Source: Malacoraja senta (taxonomy: Eukaryota). Taken from it: 51,920 bases of DNA. The stretch lies in assembly GCA_038087875.1 (NCBI GenBank), contig JAXLNO010000161.1:124001-175920 (forward strand). Reading direction: 5' to 3'. Positions 33,854 through 46,134 of this stretch are shown piece by piece. The notes beneath the pieces were generated by a model that had not been told where the DNA came from, made no database searches, and worked only from the letters and a program-made list of their open reading frames with translations. A program made the position numbers and the translations under genes. Numbering within the stretch: position 1 is the stretch's first letter; the number at the start of each line of letters is the position of its first letter.

Positions 33854-34020
33854 GTTGGATGATCAGCCATGATCATATTGAATGGCGGTGCAGGCTCGAA
33901 GGGCCGAATGGCCTCCCCCTGCACATGTTGATTATTGTCTAATTTCTCTCTCTCTCTCTCTCAATCTCTCTCCCACGTCTTTCCTACTCCTGCACATATA
34001 TTCTATGTATCTATGTATCT

Positions 34021-36161
34021 CCTCTCCTCCCCTCTCCTCTCCTCTCCTCTCATCTCCTCTCCTCACCTCTCCTCTCCTCTCTACTCCCCTCTCATCTCCT
34101 CTCCTCTCCTCTTCTCTCCTCTCATCTCCTCTCCTATCCCTCTCCTCTCCTCTCCTCTCCTCTCTACACCCTTCTCCCCCCTCCCCTCTCCTCTCATATC
34201 CTCTCCTCTCCCTCCCCTCTCATCTCCTCTCCTCTTCGTCTCCTCTCCTCTCCTCTCATCTCCTCTCCTATCCCTCTCCTCTCCTCTCCTCTCCTCTCTA
34301 CTCCCTTCTCTCCCCTCTCCTCTACTCTACTCCCCTCTCCTCCCCTCCCCTCTCCTCTCCTCTCTACTCCCCTCTCGTCTCCTCTCCTCTCCTCTCCTCC
34401 CCTCTCCTCTCCGCCTCTCCTCTCTCCTCTCCTCCCCTCCACTCCACTTCCCCTCCCCTCCCCTCCCACTCCCCTCCTCTCCCCTCTCCACTCCTTTCCT
34501 CCCCTCCCCACTCCTCTCCGCTCTCCTCTCCTCTCCCCTCCACCCACCTCCTATCCTCTGCTCTCCTCTACTCTCCTGTCCTCTCCTCTCCTCTCCTCTC
34601 CTCTGCTCCCCTTTCCTCCCCAACCCTCTCCTCTCCTCTCTACACCCCTCTTATCTCCTCTCCTCTTGTCTCCTCTCCTCTCATCTCCTCTCCTCTCCTC
34701 TCCTCTTCTCCCCTCCACTTTCCTGCCCTCCCCTCTCCTCTCATCTTCTCCCCTCTCCTCTCCACTTTCTCTCCTCCCCTATCCTCTCCTCTCCTCTCCT
34801 CTCCTCTCCTCTCCTCTCCTCTCTCCCCTCCCCCCTCTCCTCCTCTCCTCTCCTCTCCAACCCTCTCCTTCCCTCCCCTTCCCTCTCCTCTCCCCTCCGC
34901 TCCTCTCCTCTCCACTCCTCCCCTCCCCTCTCCTATCCTCTCCTCTCCTTCCCACCCCTTTCCTCCCCTCCCCTCTCCTCTCCTCTCTACTCCCCTCCTC
35001 CACTCTCCTCCGCTTTCCTCTCCTTCCCATTCATCTCCTCCCTTCCCCTCTCCTCCCCTCCCCTTACCTCTTCTCTCCTCCCCTCCCCTCTCCTCTGCTC
35101 CCCTCACTTCTCCTCTCCTCTCGTCTCCTACCCACTCCTCTCCTCCCCTCTCTTCTCCCCTCTCCTCTCCTCTCCTCTCCTCCCCTCTTCTCTCCTCCCC
35201 GCCCCCTCACCTCTCGTCTACTCTCCTCGCTACTCCCCTCTCCTCCCCTCTCCTCTCCTCCCCTCTCCGCTCCTCTCGTCTCCTCTCCTCTCCTCTTCTC
35301 TCCTCTCCTCTCCTCCCCTCCCCTTTCCACACCTCCCCCTCTCCTCTCCTCTCCTCTCTACTCTCCTCTCCTCTCCTCTCGTCTCCTCTCCTCTCCTCTC
35401 CTCTCCTCTCCTCTCCTCTCCTCTCCTATCCCTCTCATCTCCTCTCTACTCCCCTCTCCTCGCCTCTCCTCTCCTCTCCTCCCCTCCCCTCCCCTCTCCT
35501 CTCCTCTCCTCTCCTCTCCTGTCCTCCCGTCTCCTCTCCTCCCCTTCCAACCCCTCTCCTCTCCTCTCTTCTCCTCGCCTCTCCTCTCCTCCCCTCCTCT
35601 CTCGTCTCATCTCCTCTCCTCTCCTCTCCACCCTCCCCTTTCCTCCCCTCCTCTCCTCTCCTCTCCACTTTCTCTCCTCCCCTATCCTCTCCTCCCCAAC
35701 TCTCCTCTCCTTTCCTCGCCACCCCTTTACACTCCTCCCCAGCCCTCTCCACTCCTCTCCTCCGTCCCCTCCCCTCTGCTCTCTACCCTCTCATCTCCTA
35801 TCCTCTCCTCTCATCGCCACTCCTCTCCTCTCATCTCCTCCCCACTCCACTCCTCTCCTCCCTCTCCTCTCCTTCCCTCTCCACTCTCCTCTCCTCTCTT
35901 CTCCACTCTTCTACTCTCCTCTTCGCCCTACTCCCCTACCCTCGCCTCTTCTCTCCGCACCTCCCCACTCCTCTCCTCTCCTCTCCTCCTATTTCCACCC
36001 TCTGCTCTCTTCTCCACTCCTTCCTCCTCTCCCCTTTCCTCACCTCTTCTCCACTCATTCCTACTTCCCTCTCCTCTCTTCTCCTCTCCTCCCCTCCTCT
36101 CCTCTCCTCCCCTCCCCTCTCCTCCTCTCTCCTCTCCTCTCCCCTCCTCCCATCTCCTCTC
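34021..36161. repeat. (CTCCT)n satellite
   Basis: Directly visible. It is the source of the PLLSS and GEERR pseudo-ORFs. Confidence 0.97.
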
Positions 36162-39100
36162 TGTAAAGGATTGATAACGAGGCATCGTTACTTTACTATC
36201 TTTATTCATACTGGATCATTATACATTGCACTAGCTGTACGTGGTCTGTCACAGGAACTAGAGAGCGATCTGTGGGTGTGGAGGTTGTAGTTATACTTGT
36301 GATATGGGGGAGTGGTTAGTGGGTGTGAGGTCACTATGTTAAAGGCACATGCATATCTCATCTACATCCTTCCTCCCCGAAACGACAGGCAAATACAAAG
36401 GTGACATGGCGACCACGGCTCATGCGCTAGGATGGCTAGGCAACATCGCCATAGCGGTCAGGCGGTTTGACCAGACGTCCCGCCCGGGTTCGCGTCTCGC
36501 CATCCACCCTTCCTGGAGGAGGAAGAGGCACCAGCGGGGACAGACGAACCTGAAAGGGAGAAACGGGAGGAAACAGAAGAGATCGCGGCACCGAAACCGG
36601 AGGGGATGCGGACCCGGGACCGGGAAGAGCGCGGGGGGGCGTGCGAGGACTAGTCGGAGTGTGTTGGAGCGGAGGGGGCGAAGGAGGAGCAGAGCGAGGC
36701 ATGTAGGGAATCACGGGCAGGGCAACGGCCGGACGCGAAACAGGCAGCGGGGGAGCAAAGGGATCGGCGGCAGGAGGACGCGGCTCGTGGACGAGCCGAA
36801 GGTGCTGGCGGGACCGTCGGTAAATGGTCCCAGCGTAGTCGACGAAATAGGACCTGGGCGACCCCGCAGAGCCGACGACCGTAGCGGAGCTTGGAGTGAC
36901 CGGGAGTGGTCTGCATACGGACTACTTGACCGGGGAAGAGGGGCGGCAGCGGGTGGCAGGACCTGTCATGGGACCGCTTTTGGACGTCTTGCCTGAAGGC
37001 AATTCGTTTCTGAACCGCCGCAGGTGGAAGGACCGAGGGTATGAGGGATCGCTGGGCCACCGGGAGTGGGAGCCTGGTAGCGCGAGACAGGAGCCGCTGA
37101 GCAGGTGAACCCATGGCAGGGTCGCGAGAAATGTTCCGAAGGCTGAGGAGGGCCAGGTGGAAGTCGGAGTTAATGCCACCACACTGTTCCAACAGGTGCT
37201 TAGCACTGCGGACCCGCGCGCTCGGCCAAACCGTTGCTTTGCGGGTACTCCGGGCTGCTTGTGAAATGGCGAAAGTTCCATCTGGAAGCGAACGCTTTAA
37301 ACTCGGAGCTCGTGAACTGGCTGCCATTGTCCGACTGCAAGCTTGCCGGGGGGCCAAAAGTGCTAAAGTGAGGGTCCAACCTGTCGATGACGGCCGAAGA
37401 GGTCACGGAAGGCAGCCGGTCAAACCGCAAACCAGCTGGAGTAGAAGTCAACGAGTACCAGGAAATGTTTGCCCCGCCACTCGAAAATGTCTGTGGCGAG
37501 CGCCATCCAGGGCAGTCCGGGCGCGGGCTGCTGTAGAAGCGGCTGACGCTGCTGATGGGGGGCGCGGCTGTTGCAGGTGGAACACGATGAGACCCTCTCC
37601 CGGATGTACTTTGCCATATCCGGCCAATAGAACTGTGCCTTGGCGAGAGACAAAGTGGCTTCGGCCCCAGTGTGACCGCGGTGTGCGACCTGAAAATAGT
37701 GGTCGTGCAGCGCCGCGGGCACGACCACTTTGTGACCCTTCACCACCACGCCGTCGTGCAATACGAGCTCGTCCCGAATCAGGAAGTAGGGCACGGCTCC
37801 AGCCGGCAGTGCCGAGCGACGGTCAGGCCAGCCCTGCCGGATGACGGCAGACAGCTGTTGCAGGGCAGGGTCGTTGGTAGTGTGTTCAACCAGGGACTTC
37901 ATCTGTGGCGAGGGGACGAAGTTCAATCGTAGTACTAGTAACTCGGACATTTCGTATTGGTGACGAGCAGTGGACGTCAGCGGGGCGCGAGACAACGTGT
38001 CGGCTACGAACATGTCCTTCCCCTTACGATAAACCACCGTGAACGTGAAACGCTGGAGCTGCAGCAGCATGCGCTGCAGACGTGATGAGGCCACATGGAT
38101 CGGTTTGTTGAGGATGGTAACAAGTGGTTGATGGTCAGTTTCAACGGTGAAAGTGTTGCCCACGATGTAGTCCCGGAATTTGGAGCAGGCAAACACCACG
38201 GCCAGTTGCTCCTTCTCAATCTGCGCGTAGTGCTGTTCGGTGGCGGTCATGGTGCGGGACGCGAATGAGACAGGCAGCTGCAGGCCATCATGGACCTGGA
38301 GGCAGGCGGCACCGAGTCCGAATTGAGAGCGTCGCAGGTGAGGACAATGGGATGCCGCAGGTCAAAGAACTTGAGCGTGGGTGTGCTGATCAGTTTAGAC
38401 TTAAGAATGTCAAATGCCTTCTGATGATTGGGTAACCAAAGCCAGGAAGTGTCCTTTTTGATCAGATCCCTCAGGGGAGCGCTGAGCTCGCTTAGGTCGG
38501 GGATGAACTTCCCCAGGTAGTTTACCAAGCCGAGGAAGCGTTGCAGGCCTGCCACGTTAGTAGGAGGAGGCATCCCTGAGATGGCAGTCGTTTTCTGCGG
38601 GTCTGGCTTTAGCCCCTCAGCGGTGAATACGTGTCCAACATAGGTGACCTCCGAGACGCGGAATCGGCACTTCTTGGGGTTCAGTTTCAAGTTGATTTGC
38701 CTGGCCCGGTCCAGGATCAGGCGGAGGTTGACATCGTGTTCGGCAACATCCTTACCGTAAACGAGGATGTCGTCAACAATTATGGCGCAAGGCAGATCTG
38801 AAAACAACTGTTCCATGGTTCGCTGAATACCTCACTGGCAGAGTTGATTCGAAGGGCATTCGGAGGAACCGAAACCTTCCGTAGGGGGTGGCGAAGGTTG
38901 TCAAAATGGACGACCGCTCGTCCAGTGGTATCTGCCAGAATGAACTCTTGGCATCGAGGACCGAAAAGACCGTTGCTGGACCAACCCGTGCAGCGACGTC
39001 TTCCACCGTTCTCATAGGGTAGTGAGGGCGCCGAATGGCCAGGTTGAGGTCTCTGGGGTTGATGCAGATGGGTATCTCACTCATGTCCTTTTTAGCAGCA

Positions 39101-40903
39101 ACAACCATGGAAGAGACCCAGCTGGTGGCTCGACGACCGCCTTTAGGACGCCCATTCGTACCATACTGTGTAGGGTCGCCTCCCACTTTGTCCCTCATGG
39201 CGAAGGAAATACGGTGAGGAGCATGGACCACAGGAACGATCTTATGGTCCACTTCAATCTTGTAGCTGCAGGGTAGCTTGCCTAGCTTATCATCAAAGCG
39301 GTCGGGATACTCGGCCAGCGGGGTCCAAAAGAGCCTGCACGTGGTGGATGTCCCGGTGGAAGGACACCAGTCCCATTTCCTGGCATGCCTGGATCCCCAG
39401 CAGGGGAACGCAACTTCGATTGAGGAGAAAGAAGGTGAGGGGCCGAGTGGCCTTCAGTATCTTACAGTGTAGTGTGGCCTTGCCCACAGGAGTAAGGATC
39501 TCCCCACCGTAGGCATGCAGGTTTGAGCTCTGAGAAAATATCTTCTCATTAGTCCTTATCTGGTTGAAAAGAGATGTTGACATAACATTGGTAACCGCCC
39601 CAGTGTCGATTTTGGCCGTGAAGGTCGAGTTGTTCACAGTGACTTGCACAGAAGGATCCGTTATCATAGCAGGTGCGTCCACCACGGTAAACAAGCTGGT
39701 TTCCCCCTGAGAGGAGTTAGATGTAGGAACAGAATGTTCATCGGAATAGTGCTGGGAGCTGAGATCATTATCCGACTGTAGAAGGTTGTTTAAATTTTGC
39801 CTTCGAGCAGCGACAGGCTTCCCACGGGAACGACAAGCTGCAGCAAAATGGTTCAACTTATTACAGGAATTGCAGTTCTTTCCCAGCGCAGGGCACACAT
39901 TGAACTGATGAGTTGTGAAGTTGCAATTAGGGCACCTTTGCTGGGTGCCTCCCCTTGTGGCACCACCGAACCGCGGGGCGCGTCCCCTCGAGCAGCGAGC
40001 GACACCGGGGGTCGCGACTGGGGTGCGTTCATGAGATAGCTAGGAGTGCTGGCAAAGTTGATCGCCTGTTCAGCCGGCAGCGCCGCCGCGGAAACAGCGT
40101 CGGCCAAGCGAGTAGCGTGCATCGCATCGGCCAAGGTCAGATCCGGCTTGCGAAGTAGTTCGGACCTGAGCTTCTCATCACGGAGTCCGTAAACCAGTAG
40201 GTCCCTGATGACATTATCGGGGGTCCACGTCTCGCGGCGGCAGCGCCTGCCCAGGTCCCGCAGCACAATGACATAGTTCTCAGCAGATTCCCCAGGGAGC
40301 TGACGCCGCGCGAACAGTTTAAAACGTTCTAAAATGCAATTAGTCGGAATGTCACAAATAGCGTCAAACCTAGCCAACAGACATGCCGGGTCCCGAGCTG
40401 ATTCTCCAGGAGCGTAGACGAAGAAGTCAGAGCGAGTCAAGGCGTTGGGACCAGCCAAGTTGAGAAGCAGTGAGGCTTTGAGAGCGGGGGTGGCGCCAGA
40501 TGGGCAATCGTGAAATAGTGTTCAAAGTCGTGTTTGAATATGTCCCATCGAAGGGCGATGTCGAAATCGAAAACGAGCGCATCGGGCTTACGGGCAGAAG
40601 AGGCCATAACAAAAACAGTTAGGGGGGAAACAAAAAACTGGATCAAAATTAAATGATAAACCGATAAACGGGAGGCGCAAGGTAAGTTATTTGACACCAT
40701 GTAAAGGATTGATAACGAGGCATCGTTACTTTACTATCTTTATTCATACTGGATCATTATACATTGCACTAGCTGTACGTGGTCTGTCACAGGAACTAGA
40801 GAGCGATCTGTGGGTGTGGAGGTTGTAGTTATACTTGTGATATGGGGAGTGGTTAGTGGGTGTGAGGTCACTATGTTAAAGGCACATGCATATCTCATCT
40901 ACA
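36162..40903 (-). mobile_element. Full-length Ty3/Gypsy LTR retrotransposon, Mag-like (family B, related to A)
   Basis: LTRs 36162-36366 and 40700-40903 are identical except for one G in a G-run. TSD CTCTC, PBS TGGTGTCAAAT, PPT GGGGAGGAAGGA. Confidence 0.96.
36436..40607 (-). pseudogene. Gypsy family B gag-pol, broken by about ten frameshifts
   Basis: MASSARKPD, CPALGKNCNSCNKLNHFAAAC, IDTGA, IVDDILV, TDHQPL, HHCC, SDNG/SNGLAER and TRAGRLVKPPDRY appear in successive shifted frames. Confidence 0.9.
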
Positions 40904-43900
40904 CTCTCCTCACTCCACTCTCCTCTCCTCTCCACTCCTCTCTCCGCTCCTCTCCTCTCTTATCCTCTCCTCTCCTCTCCTCTCTACTCTACTCTCCTCT
41001 CCTCTCTTCTCCTCTCTACCACTCTCCTCTCCTCTCTCCTCCCTTCCTTCCCCTCCCCACCCCTTTCCTCTCCTTTCCTCTCCTCCCATCCCCTCCCCTC
41101 TCCTCCTCTGCTCTCCTCCCCTCTCCTCTCCTCTCAACCCCTCTCCTTCCCTCCCCTCCCCTCGCCTCTCCTCTCCGCTCCTCTCCTCTCCTCCCCTCCC
41201 GTCTCCTCTCCTCTCCTCTCTCCTCCCACGCCTTTCCTCCCCTCCCCTCTCCTCTCCTCTCTACTCCCCTCCTCCCCTCTCCTCCCCTTTCCTCTCCTTC
41301 CCTTTCCTCTCCTTCCCTTTCCTCTCCTCCCCTCCCCTCTCCTCCCCTCCCCACACCTCTTCTCCCCTCTCCCCCCCCCTCCCTCTCCTCCCCCTCACTT
41401 CTCCTCTCCTCTCCACCCCTCTCCTCTCCTCCCCTCTCCTCTCCTCCGCGCTCCTCTCCTCTCCTCTCCGCACCTCCCCTCTCCTTTCCACTCCTCCCTT
41501 CTCCACTCCTTTCCTCTCCTCTCCTCCACTTTCTCCTCCCCTTGCCTCTCCTCTCCTGTCCTCTCTGCTCTCCCCTCATCTTCCTCTTGTCTCCTCTCCT
41601 CTCCTCTCCTCTCCTATACCTCTCCTCTCCTCTCTACACCCCTCTCCTCGCCTCTCCTCTCCTCTCCTCACCTCCCCTCCCCTCCCCTCCCCTCCCCTCT
41701 CCTCTCCTCTCCTCTCCTCTCCTCTGCTCTCCACTCCTCTCCTGACCTCCCCACTCCTCCCCTCCCCTTCCAACCCCTCTCCTCTCCTCTCCTCTCCTCT
41801 CCTCTCCACTTCCTCTCCTCGCCGCTCCTCTCCTCCCCTCTCCTCTCCTCTCCACCCCTCCCCTCTCCCCCCCCCCTCCCCTCCTCTCCTCTCCACTCCC
41901 CTCTCCTCCTCTAACCTCCCCTTACCCCTCCTCTCCTTTCCTCGCCAACCCCTTTACACTCCTCCCCACCCCTACTCTCCTCTCCTCCCCTTCCCTCCCC
42001 TCTGCTCACCACCCTCTCTTCTACTCTCCTCTCCTCTCATCCCCACTCCTCTCCTCTCCTCTCCTCCCCACTCCTCTCCTCTCCTCCCCTCTCCTCTCCT
42101 CCCCTCTCCACTCTCCTCTCCTCTCCACTCTCCTCTCCTCTCCTCTCCTCTCCACTCATCTACTCTCCTCTTCTCCCTACCCTCTCCTCCCCTCTTCTCT
42201 CCGCTCCTCCCCTCTCCTCTCCTGTATTATCCCCTCTGCTCTCCTCTCCACTCCTCTCACCCTCTCCCCTTTCCTCACCTCCCCTCTCCTCTCCTCTCAT
42301 TCCTACTCCCCTCTCCTCTCCTCTCTTCTCGTCTCCTCCTCTCCTCTCCTCTCCTCCTTCCCCTCTCCTCCTCTCTCCTCTCCTCTCCTCTCCTCCCATC
42401 TCCTCTCCACTCTCCTCTCCTCTCCGCTGCTCTCTCCGCTCCTCTCCTCTCTTCTCCTCTCCTCTCCTCTCCTCTCTGCTCTACTCTACTATCCTCTCTA
42501 CTCCTCTCCACTCCCCTCCCTTCCCCTCCTGACCCTTTCCTCTCCTTTCCTCTCCACCCCCCCTCTCCTCTCCTCTCCTCTCCCCTCCTCCCATCTCCTC
42601 TCCTCTCCTCTCCTCTCCTCTCCACCCCTTTCCTCCCCTCCCCTCTCCTCTCCTCTCCTCTCCTCTCCTCTCCTCTCCTCTCCTCTCCTCTCCTCTCCTC
42701 TCTAGTCCCCTCTCATCTCCTCTCCTCTCCTCACCCCTCCCCCCACCTCCTCTCCTCTCTTCTACTCTGCTCTCCTCTCCTCTCCTCCCCTTTCCTTCCC
42801 TACCCTCTCCTCTCCTCTCTACTCTCCCCTCTCATCTCCTCTCTTCTCCTCTCCTCTCCTCTCCCGCTCCTCTCCTCTCCTATCCCTCTCTTCAACTCTC
42901 TACTCCCTTCTCCTCCCCTCTCCTCTCCTCTCTTCTCCCCTCCCCTTTCCACCCCTCCCCTCTCCTCCCCTCTCTTCTTATCTTCACCTCTCTCATCCCC
43001 TCCACTTTCCTCCCCTCACTTCTCCTCTCTTTCCTACTCCTCTCTCCTCTCCTATCTTCTCCTCTCCTCTTATCCTCCCCTCCCTCCTCTCCTTTCCTCT
43101 CCTCTCCTCTCCTCTCCTCTCCTCTCCTCTCCTCTCCTCTCCTCTCCTCTCCTCTCCTCTCCTCTCCTCTCCTCTCCTCTCGTCTCCTCTCCTCTCCTCC
43201 CCTCCCCTCCCCTCCCCTCCCTCCCCTCCCCTCCCTCCCCTCCCATTTCCTCTCCTCTCCTCCTCGGCTCTCCTCTCCTCTCCTCTCCTCTCCTCTCCTC
43301 TCCTCTCCTCTCCCCTCTTCCCCTCGCCTCTCCTCTCTACTCCCTTCACCTCCTTCCCCTCCCCTCCCCTCCACTTTCCTCTCCCTACCTCCCCTCTCCA
43401 CCACAACCCCTCTCGTCTCCTCCCCTCCCCTCTCACCCCTTCCCTCTTCTCCTCTCTCCTCTCCTCTCCTGCCCTCCCATCTCCACTCCTCACCTCCACT
43501 CTCCGCTCCTCTCCTCTCCTCTCTCCGCCCCTCTCCTCTCTTCTCCCTCTCCTCTCCTCTCCTCTCCTCTCCTCTCCTCTCCTCTCCTCTCCTCTCTCCT
43601 CCCCTCTCCTCTCCTCTCCTCCCCTTTCCTCTCCTTTCCTCTCCTTTCCTCTCCTCTCCTCTCCCTCTCTACTCCCCTCTCATCTCCTCTCCTCTCGTCT
43701 CCTCTCATCTCCTCTCCTCTCCGCTCATCTCCTATCCATCTCCTCTCCTCTCTACCTTCTCCTCCCCTCTCCACTCCTCTCCTCTTCTCCCCTCCCCTTT
43801 CCTCCCGTCCTCTCTCCTCGCTTCTCCTCTCCCTCCTCCCCTCCCCCTCCCTCCCCTCTCCTTCCTCTCCTGTCCTCCCCTCCCCTCCCCTGCCCTCCCC

Positions 43901-46134
43901 TCCCCTCCCCTCCCCTTCCAACCCCTCTCCTCTCCTCTCCTCTCCTCTCCTCTCCTCTCCTCACCTCGCCTCTCCTCTCCTCCCCTCTCCTCTGCTCTCC
44001 TCACCTCTCCACCCTCCCCTTTTTCCCCACCCCTCCTCTCCTCTCCACTCCCCTCTCCTCCCCTATCCTCTCCTCCCCTTACCCCTCCTCTCCTTTCCTC
44101 GCCACCCCCTTTACACTCCTCCCTACCCCTACTCTCCTCTCCTCCCTCACCTCCCCTCTGCTCTCCACCCTCCCTTCTCCTCTCCTCTCCTCTCCTCCCC
44201 ACTCCTCTCCTCCCCACTCCTCTCCTCTCCTCCGTCTCCTCTCCTCCCCTCTCCGCTCTCCTCTCCTCTCCACTCCTCTACTCTCCTCTTCTCCCTACTC
44301 CCCTATCCTCCCCTCTTCTCTCCGCTCCTCCCCTCTGCTCTCCTCTCCTCTCCTCCTATTTCATCCCCTCTGCTCTCCTCGCCACTCCTCTCAACCTCTC
44401 CCCTTTCGTCACTCCCCTCTTATCTCCTCTCATTCCACTCCTCGTCACCTCGCCTCTCCTCTCCTCCCCTCTCCTCTGCTCTCCTCACCTCTCCACCCTC
44501 CCCTTTTTCCCCACCCCTCCTCTCCTCTCCACTCCCCTCTCCTCCCCTCTCCTCTCCTACCCTTACCCCTCCTCTCCTTTCCTCGCCACCCCTTTACACT
44601 CCTCCCCACCCCTCCTCTCCCTCTCTTCTCCTCTCCTCCCCTCCTCTCCACTCCTCCCCTCCCCTCTCCTCCTCTCTCCTCTCCTTTCCTCTCCTCCCAT
44701 CTCCTCTCCTCACCTCCACTCTCTTCTCCTCTCCTCACCTCTCTTCTCATCTCCCCTCCTCTCCTCTCTGCTCTACTCTCCTCTACTCTCTTCTCCTCAC
44801 CTCGCCTCTCCTCTACTCCCTTCCCCACCCCTCCCTTTCCCTCCCCTCCCCTTTCCTCTCATCCCCCCCTCTCCTCTCCTCCTCTCCCCTCCTCCCATCT
44901 CCTCTCCTCTCCTCTCCTCTCCTCTCCTCTCCTCTCCTCTCCTCTTCTCCCCTTTGCTCCCCTCCCCTCTCCTCTCCTCTCCTCTCTAGTCCCCTCTCAT
45001 CTCCTCTCCTCTCCTCTCCCCTCCTGCCACCTCTTCTCCTCTCCTCTCTTCTACTCTCCTCTCCTCTCCTCCCCTTTCCTTCCCTACACTCTGCTCTCCT
45101 CTCTACTCCCCTCTCATATCGTATCCTCTCTTCTCCTCTCCTGTCGTCTCCGCTCCTGTCCTCTCCTATCCCTCTCTTCTCCTCTCCCTTCTCATCCCCT
45201 CTCCTCTCCTGTCCTCTCCTCTTCTCCCCTCCCCTTTCCTCGCCTCCCCCTCTCCTCTCCTCTCTTCTTATCTCCACTCCTCTCATCCCCTCCACTTGCC
45301 TCCCCTCCCTTCTCCTCTCTTTCCTACTCCCCTCTCCTCTCCTCTCTTCTCCTCTCCTCCCCTCCTCTCCTCTCCTCCCCTCCCCTCTCCTCTCCTCTCC
45401 TCTCCTCTCCTCTCCTCTCCTCTCCTCTCCTCTCCTCTCCTCTCCTCCCCTCCCCTCTCCACTCCTTCCCTCCCCTCCCCTTTCCTCTCCTCTCCTCCCC
45501 GGCTCTGCTCTCCTCCCCTCCCCTCCCCTCCCCTCACCTCTCCTCTCCTCTCCTCTCCTCTCCACCCCTTTCCTCCCCTCCCCTCTCCTCTCTTCTACTC
45601 TCCTCTCCTCTCCTCTCTTCTCCTCTCCTCTCCTCTCCTCTCTACTCCCCTCTCATCTCCTCTTCCTCTCCTCTCCCCTCCTCCCACCCCCTCTCCTCTC
45701 CTCTCTTCTACTCTCCACTCCTCTCCTCTGCTCCCCTCTCCTCCTCTACCCTCTCCTCTCCTCACCTCTCTACTCCCCTCATCTCGTCTCCTCTCGTCTC
45801 CTCTCCACTCCGCTCTTCTCCTCTCCTATCCCTCTCTTCTTCTCTCTACTCCATTTTCCTCCCCTCTCCTCTCCTCTCCTCTTCTCCCCTCCCTTTTCCT
45901 CCCCCCCTCTCCTCTCCTCTCCTCTCCTCTCTTCCCATCTCCTCTCCACTCACCCCTCCACTTTCCTCCCCTCCCCTCTCCTCTCCTCACTACTTCCCTC
46001 TCCTCTCCTCTCTTATCCTCTCCTCCCCTCTCCTCCACTATCCTCTCCTCCCCTCCCCTCACCTCTCCTCCCCTCCCCTCCCCCCCCTCCCCTTTCATCT
46101 CCTCTGCCCTCCTCACCTCCCCTCTCCTCTCCTG
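40904..46134. repeat. (CTCCT)n satellite
   Basis: Directly visible. Confidence 0.97.

Larger units (their letters stand above)
28922..34020 (+). mobile_element. Full-length CR1 LINE inserted in the (CTCCT)n satellite
   Basis: 90-bp monomers (28922-29605), ORF1 from ATG 29834, ORF2 to TGA 33853, 3' UTR GGGCCGAATGGCCT and a (TATCTATG)n tail. Confidence 0.95.
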
